In this document: positions 33,755 through 39,417 of the stretch, one piece after another | Layout: every line of letters starts with the position of its first letter | Position numbering within the stretch: the first letter of the stretch is position 1 | Origin: a virus | Taxonomy: Duplodnaviria; Caudoviricetes | Virus record (IMG/VR): IMGVR_UViG_3300017780_004221 | Location: 1 to 39,417 of that record | Length of the DNA: 39,417 nucleotides | Direction: 5' to 3' (one strand) | Position numbers and translations under genes: made by a program | The notes under the pieces: generated by a model | What the model was told of the DNA's origin: nothing | What the model saw: only the letters and a program-made list of their open reading frames with translations | Databases searched by the model: none

Positions 33755-35619
33755 ATAAGAAAATCAGAGCTTTTTCAAAGGGCATACACAACCTCTTCTC
33801 TGATGAGATTATCCCAGAGGACGCGCTTTCAAATGCACAAGGTTGGGTGACAAAGGATGGGGTAATCGAACTTGCACGAGGTCGTGTGACATTTGGAGAT
33901 ACGGGAACTACTGGTTCATGTTCTGATATTCATATAGGATATAAAGTAAACGGAACACCTGTATATTTTAAGAAATCAGGTACAACCATAAAGGTCCTTG
34001 TGGGTTCCACTTGGACAAACCTTATCACGGGCCTTACAGAGGATGCCGCAACATCGTTCACCAACTACTCCTCAATTGCAGGGAACTTCACCTATATTTA
34101 CTCAACAGACGGGATTTGGAAGGTTGTTACAGCCAACCCAACATCATTCAGCACTATGTATGACGCGGCAAAGAACTTCAAGGGAGTCGCATTTATCGAC
34201 AAAGGACGTGCTATCCTCTGGGGAAGGGTCAAGGACAAGACGGGTTTGTACGGCTCATGGATAGACGCACAAAACGCAACTACCTATACAACTGTTTCAG
34301 GAGAGGCTCTTGTAGCCGTCGAGTCTGGAACCCTAGCCTTCAAGGCTGGAGGCGCGACACGGACTTGCTTTGCGGTGACTATTACCGACACTTCGTCAGG
34401 CGAGGTCTTCACCGACAACTATGACGGTACTCTTACGGGTTCAATCAGTGGTACAGGAACGATTAACTATACTTCAGGGGTGTTCACCATCACAGGACAG
34501 ACAGGAGCAGGAACAGCCTCATACCAGTGGGAAAACTCGAACGTCAAGGGAGTGACCGACTTCACCTTTACGGCAACACGAGTGGCGTCGGAAGGCTTTA
34601 TCTTTCCCCAGGACATCGGAGGAGACGGCATTCAGACGGTCATCCCGCTTGAAGGGAAGTACTTCTCGCTTAAGGAGAGAAGCGTGTATACCCTTGAGAT
34701 TGGAGAGACAGACCTGACGGCAGTAAACGAAGTGTTTCGTTCAAACATCGGAGTACCGTCGCGAAAGGGAGCCGTAGCGACATCGAAGGGAATCATCTTC
34801 ATGGACATCGCCAACGGGGAAATGCCAGTTATGAGATTCATTACTCGTAACCCGACAGGAGACAACTTCGACACGCTCCCAATTTTCCCTCAGTTTGATT
34901 TCTCTAACTACTCATACGCCGATACCGCCCTTACAGTGTACGGAGACTACGTTCTTGTGGCCTGTAAGTCAGAAGGAGCCTCCGCGAACGATACAATCCT
35001 ATTGTGCAACTACGTCAACGATACAGTGGACATTCTCGCTTACGAGGCACGAAGCTTCATGCAGTACAACGGAAATCTATACACGGGTGACTCGCTCTCG
35101 ACCTCGGTGTACACCACAATGAATGGATTCGATGACCTCGGATACGTCGTCGAGAACTTTGCAATAACAAAAGGTGAGTTCTACGACCTTGAGGAGCTCA
35201 AGAAGACGAAGAGACTGAGGCTTAAGGGACTTATCTCAACGGGGCAGAACTATTCGGTGTATGGTTCGTTTGATAACGAGGCCTACACCCTCCTTGGAAC
35301 CGTATCAGGAGACGCTACGTATGTAGATATGGAAAACCCTAACACGATCGGACTCAACCTTGTCGGTTTTGACGTGATAGGAGGCTCGGACTCGCAGGTG
35401 GCTTATCCGTACTATGCGGAACTGAAGATAAAGACCCCGAAGTTCAGGAAGATATACCTGAAGTTCGTCGCGAACGGGTTCGGGCACGCCTCGATCGAGT
35501 CGCTTGAGCACAGGGACATCTGGCTGTACGAGGACAAGATGCCAAAGAGATTTAGGCAGAAGCAGAACGTTTCAATTAATACAGGGACCGATACTGACTT
35601 GCCAGTACCCAACTATTAG
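33751..35619 (+). CDS. Tail nozzle/DNA stabilization protein (P22 gp10 or T7 gp12-like)
   Basis: 622 aa, beta-rich; N-terminal FSKGIHN...IPEDALSNAQG; position after the adaptor. Confidence 0.65.
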   Translation: MNKKIRAFSKGIHNLFSDEIIPEDALSNAQGWVTKDGVIELARGRVTFGDTGTTGSCSDIHIGYKVNGTPVYFKKSGTTIKVLVGSTWTNLITGLTEDAATSFTNYSSIAGNFTYIYSTDGIWKVVTANPTSFSTMYDAAKNFKGVAFIDKGRAILWGRVKDKTGLYGSWIDAQNATTYTTVSGEALVAVESGTLAFKAGGATRTCFAVTITDTSSGEVFTDNYDGTLTGSISGTGTINYTSGVFTITGQTGAGTASYQWENSNVKGVTDFTFTATRVASEGFIFPQDIGGDGIQTVIPLEGKYFSLKERSVYTLEIGETDLTAVNEVFRSNIGVPSRKGAVATSKGIIFMDIANGEMPVMRFITRNPTGDNFDTLPIFPQFDFSNYSYADTALTVYGDYVLVACKSEGASANDTILLCNYVNDTVDILAYEARSFMQYNGNLYTGDSLSTSVYTTMNGFDDLGYVVENFAITKGEFYDLEELKKTKRLRLKGLISTGQNYSVYGSFDNEAYTLLGTVSGDATYVDMENPNTIGLNLVGFDVIGGSDSQVAYPYYAELKIKTPKFRKIYLKFVANGFGHASIESLEHRDIWLYEDKMPKRFRQKQNVSINTGTDTDLPVPNY

Positions 35620-35638
35620 ACCGTGCTATAATAGCATT

Positions 35639-36379
35639 ATGAGAAAAGCAGATTTACCTGACAAAGAATGTGAGTTTTGTGAGAAAAAATACAACAGGGA
35701 AATCAGTAAATCTGGAAGACTAGAAAATCCGAAAAGATATTCAGATAGAAGGTTTTGTTCTGACGCTTGTCACAAGCTTTCCTTTAAAGAGAATAATCCG
35801 CTTAAAGGGATGAAATATGACGTCTCTTCCCATACTTATAAAGAAAAAAGGAAGTGCATGACTTGCCATGATTACATGGGGTATTCAATTGATGAGAAAG
35901 TACCATACAAACAGTGCCAGTCTTGTTACTTAAAAGTACTATCAGAGCACCAAAAAATTAAGAAATTGCCAGATAATCACTGCGTAGATTGTAACTTGAA
36001 ATTAAGTGATAATAATAGGATATATTGTCGATCTTGTTCTCATAAATTGGAGAGGAATCATAGATGGAAAGGGGGTATACCAAATGGGTATCATCAGAAT
36101 GTTCGTAGGGTTAGAAAACTTAATAACGGGGGCAATCATACACACCAAGAATGGGTAGATTTAAAAAAACAATATGGGAATATGTGCTTGTGTTGTAAGG
36201 GTGTTGAGCCTATGGTAAAATTAAGTAAAGACCACATAATACCAATCTCTAAAGGAGGCAATGATTTGATAGAGAATATTCAGCCACTATGTAAGTCCTG
36301 TAACAGTCGAAAATACAATAAAACAGGAACTGACTTTAATTATAAATTAAATACAATAAATAACCAAAATGTCAACTGA
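35639..36379 (+). CDS. HNH endonuclease with multiple zinc-binding motifs (leaderless)
   Basis: CLCC...DHIIPISKGGNDLIENIQPLCKSCNSRK; TGc-TATAAT (35627-35632) lies 6 nt before ATG 35639; AT-rich. Confidence 0.9.
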   Translation: MRKADLPDKECEFCEKKYNREISKSGRLENPKRYSDRRFCSDACHKLSFKENNPLKGMKYDVSSHTYKEKRKCMTCHDYMGYSIDEKVPYKQCQSCYLKVLSEHQKIKKLPDNHCVDCNLKLSDNNRIYCRSCSHKLERNHRWKGGIPNGYHQNVRRVRKLNNGGNHTHQEWVDLKKQYGNMCLCCKGVEPMVKLSKDHIIPISKGGNDLIENIQPLCKSCNSRKYNKTGTDFNYKLNTINNQNVN

Positions 36380-37853
36380 GGACCTAAGTCGGATAGCAAG
36401 TGACTTTGAAACGCAGCTTAGCGGAGCGATTGCAATTGGAGCGACCTCCTTCACCCTCCAGTCGGTAACGGATACCGATGCGGTCATCCTTTCGGACGGA
36501 ATATACTGCTTCACGATCGACCGAGACTCGACAGGAGCCAAGGAATACCTTATCGGACAGCTTACGGGGGCGACAAAAACGGTATCGTCTATTTCATCTG
36601 TCGGAAGACAAGGGGTACTTACTGCAAACGCACAACGAGCACACCGAATCGGAGCCAACGTGATCATCTCGGACCACTCAATCCTCGCAGCCATCTCGCG
36701 TATCTTCTCAGGTCAGGGAACCATCAACCCGGCAGCCCCTCTTGAGTACACGACTGCACCAACACTCTCAAGTGCTACACAGATTGCTACCAAGGGATAT
36801 GTAGACTCAGTAGTTTCAGGAGGTACCGTGAACACGGACCGAATCATTCTCGGATCGCAGACGGCAGGAGAGACAGTTGCAGCGGGAAACATCGTCTACT
36901 TCAAGTCATCGGACTCAAGATGGTGGCTTGCGGACGCAGACCTTACAGCAACTTTCCAAAATGTACTTCTGGGAGTCGCTCTTGGAGCGGGAACAGCAGG
37001 AAACACTATCTCGGGAGGAGTGCAAATCTACGGAAAGTGCGACTCGTTCACGGGCCTTACCGCAACAGCAACATATTATCTCTCGAATACAGCAGGAGCG
37101 GTATCAAGTAGTGCAGGAACAAACTCAGTTATTCTCGGACAAGCATTTGCAACAACTGGGATATTCTTCAATCCTGACTCAAGTGCAACTCTTGCCATAT
37201 CAACAAGTGCAGGAGCAGGAGATGCTGGAAAGCTTGTTAAAACAACCGCCTCAGGACTTATAGACAAGACGTTCACTACTGCACCAACTGTCCAGACATT
37301 CACCGCTTCAGGAACGTATACCGCTCCATCAGGCCTCAAATATGCGATTGTTGAGCTACAAGGATCTGGAGGCGCAGGAGGAGGAACAATAAACACAGAC
37401 CTTGCCTGTGGTGGGGGAGGATCGGGGGGATACTCAAAAAAGCTTCTTTCCGCCGCTACGATAGGAGCTTCTCAAACTGTTACAATCGGAACGTCAAACA
37501 GCACTACAAACTCATCTTTTGGAGCTATACTGACTTGTGGGTATGGTACAGCGGGTTCAAACGAGGAAATCGGTACGGGTGGATCTGCGACAGGCGGAGA
37601 TATCAATATTCCTGGAGGCCCTGGTAATTACGGCTCATATGCAGGTGCATCAAACCAGGATGCATACTCAGGAGGTAATGGTGCTGACAGTATCTTTGGT
37701 AAAGGAGGTCAGGCTGTGAAAGGTACTGGAAACGCTTCCGCTGGCACTGGATACGGTTCAGGAGGTGGTGGTGCTTGTACAACAGACAGTACGGACGTAA
37801 CCGGAGGCCCTTCCGCTCCAGGTTTTTGCATCGTAACCGAATACTACAACTAA
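36369..37853 (+). CDS. Tail fibre/spike protein with Gly-rich C-terminal domain
   Basis: IATKGYVD fibre motif; VQTFTASGTYT...VELQGSGGAGGG...GFCIVTEYY. Confidence 0.72.
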   Translation: MSTEDLSRIASDFETQLSGAIAIGATSFTLQSVTDTDAVILSDGIYCFTIDRDSTGAKEYLIGQLTGATKTVSSISSVGRQGVLTANAQRAHRIGANVIISDHSILAAISRIFSGQGTINPAAPLEYTTAPTLSSATQIATKGYVDSVVSGGTVNTDRIILGSQTAGETVAAGNIVYFKSSDSRWWLADADLTATFQNVLLGVALGAGTAGNTISGGVQIYGKCDSFTGLTATATYYLSNTAGAVSSSAGTNSVILGQAFATTGIFFNPDSSATLAISTSAGAGDAGKLVKTTASGLIDKTFTTAPTVQTFTASGTYTAPSGLKYAIVELQGSGGAGGGTINTDLACGGGGSGGYSKKLLSAATIGASQTVTIGTSNSTTNSSFGAILTCGYGTAGSNEEIGTGGSATGGDINIPGGPGNYGSYAGASNQDAYSGGNGADSIFGKGGQAVKGTGNASAGTGYGSGGGGACTTDSTDVTGGPSAPGFCIVTEYYN

Positions 37854-37854
37854 T

Positions 37855-39318
37855 ATGGCAACACTCGGACAATACAAAGGAATAGACATCAACCCAGGGG
37901 ACGACGCAAGCGTACAGGCACAGATCCGGGCTATCGACACTCCAACTACAGCAAAGCCAAAGGTAACGGCGGACACCCCTCTCTCAACTCCCCAGTCCTA
38001 TCTTAGTTCATATGATACAGGAACAAGTTATAAGAATGCTCAGGACTACAACAAACAATCAACTCTTTCAAAGTCCGAAGAATCAAGATACCGAAAGGGC
38101 GTCATGTCGCAGTATCAAGGGGAAATTGACGCAGCAAAGACCGCATACTCACGACTTCTTGCCGAGCAGCAGCAGGTGGGAGTAGGAAGACTGGGCGAGT
38201 CTACGGCAATACAGGCCAGAAGAGGGCTTCAGGGTTCCTCTTTTGGAACTGGTATGACCGAGGACGTGCGAAAGGTAAACCTTAACGCACAGGGGCAGGT
38301 TCTCTCAAGCCAGGCATCGGCAATCGCTAATATCATGTCACGGGCCAAAAAGGCCGCGCAGGACGAGATAGACTACCAGAGGGCAGCAAAGAAGGGAGGC
38401 CTCAAGGAATACCAGGATGCCAAGAAGTCGCAAGGAGAGCGAAAACAGGTCATCGTAGTTGACGTTGCCAAGAACCTGCTAACCCAGGGAATCGACTATT
38501 CAGCTCTGTCCCAGCAGGACCAGGCAGCACTCAAGGGCATGGGAATCTCGCAGCAGGACATCATCAACTCGTACCTTGAGCAAAAGAGCACCCAGGAAAA
38601 GGCAGAGGCGGAAGCGCAGGCAAAGGCCGAGCGAGAAGGCGCATTCAGCCTTTCTGAGGGACAAGCCCGATACGACTCAAAGGGAAACCTTGTGGCTGCA
38701 AAGGGAAAGACCTATGCACCGACATCTGGAGGAGGATCTGGAATAGGAGGAGGTTTGGCAGGCAACGTCTCTCCAGCCGCCAAAAACATACTTGAGCTTA
38801 TGAACAAGAACGGAGGTACGGTAAACGACTACGTAACGGGATCAAGCAGAGAGGCTCAGAACCTACGAAATGAGGTGTACTCAGCTCTTACCGGACAAGG
38901 AGGGGCAACAGACAAGACAAAAAGCCTGGCAACGGAAGCAAAGGCCGTCGTTGATAGTATGATTGCAAATAACGACTACAAGAAGTTCGGGTATTCTTCA
39001 ATAATCCCTGGGGCAAGAAGAACTACAGGGTACGGAGACATGCAACAACGAGCCGGTCAGATCTCTGCAATCCTTGCCAAGGACAACCTCGGTCTCCTTA
39101 AGGGAGCCATGTCCGATAAGGATCTTGCATTCATCGAGGCAATGTCGGGAGGCGTGGATACGTCTGGTACAATATCCGAAGCATTCGCAAAGGAGCGTAT
39201 CGCATCTATTCAAAAAAAGTTTGCGGACAAGATCGCGGAGTATGAGATGACATCGCAAGCACCACAAAGCACTATTACAGTAGGAGACGACGGGCAGGAG
39301 TACGAAATAATCGATTAA
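37855..39318 (+). CDS. Internal virion/DNA ejection protein
   Basis: 487 aa, Gln/Ala-rich helical; ARRGLQGSS, FSLSEGQARYD and GAMSDKDLAF motifs like those of podovirus ejection proteins. Confidence 0.6.
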   Translation: MATLGQYKGIDINPGDDASVQAQIRAIDTPTTAKPKVTADTPLSTPQSYLSSYDTGTSYKNAQDYNKQSTLSKSEESRYRKGVMSQYQGEIDAAKTAYSRLLAEQQQVGVGRLGESTAIQARRGLQGSSFGTGMTEDVRKVNLNAQGQVLSSQASAIANIMSRAKKAAQDEIDYQRAAKKGGLKEYQDAKKSQGERKQVIVVDVAKNLLTQGIDYSALSQQDQAALKGMGISQQDIINSYLEQKSTQEKAEAEAQAKAEREGAFSLSEGQARYDSKGNLVAAKGKTYAPTSGGGSGIGGGLAGNVSPAAKNILELMNKNGGTVNDYVTGSSREAQNLRNEVYSALTGQGGATDKTKSLATEAKAVVDSMIANNDYKKFGYSSIIPGARRTTGYGDMQQRAGQISAILAKDNLGLLKGAMSDKDLAFIEAMSGGVDTSGTISEAFAKERIASIQKKFADKIAEYEMTSQAPQSTITVGDDGQEYEIID

Positions 39319-39417
39319 CCATAATGGCAATACCAATAACACGGGCAGAATACGAAAAGAAATTCGGGAAACCTCCTGTTGCTGCGACTTCCACTGCCCC
39401 TATAAAGATTACGCGGG
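39295..39417. repeat. Terminal direct repeat, copy 2
   Basis: Identical to 1-123. Confidence 0.97.

Noticed and set aside
30-39318. Stop-codon reassignment (alternative genetic code)
   Set aside because: Core genes are full length under the standard code, and TAA, TAG and TGA all act as stops.

Overview
The window is a complete, circularly assembled ~39.3 kb genome of a tailed, podovirus-like (P22-type head) dsDNA phage. Bases 1-123 are repeated exactly at 39295-39417, giving a unit length of 39,294 bp. Gene order: terS, an EndoVII-type nuclease, terL, a glycosylation cassette (GT11, two GT-A enzymes, FkbM methyltransferase), portal, scaffold, major capsid, adaptor and nozzle, ejection proteins (one with a lytic transglycosylase), collagen/Gly-rich tail fibres, a lysis module (holin, papain-like endolysin with a peptidoglycan-binding domain), an accessory region of small genes, an SSB-like protein, a resolvase-like nuclease, an SF2 helicase, a Prim-Pol/D5 primase-helicase and an iteron origin. 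I found no integrase, tRNA, CRISPR array or reverse transcriptase. The general lack of Shine-Dalgarno sites and the style of several proteins suggest a Patescibacteria (CPR) host, which is inference only. The most unusual signals are: (1) a 33-aa membrane-peptide gene with its own promoter nested antisense inside the in-frame ejection/transglycosylase gene; (2) at least seven promoters whose -10 lies exactly 6 nt before ATG (leaderless mRNAs); (3) DnaA-box-like motifs next to promoters rather than at the origin; (4) a probable AUU-initiated membrane-anchored transglycosylase; (5) an insulated operon of micropeptides, a degenerate trypsin-like protein and a mini-HNH; (6) permuted modules shared by two tail fibres. 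All product calls come from motif recognition by eye, not database searches.
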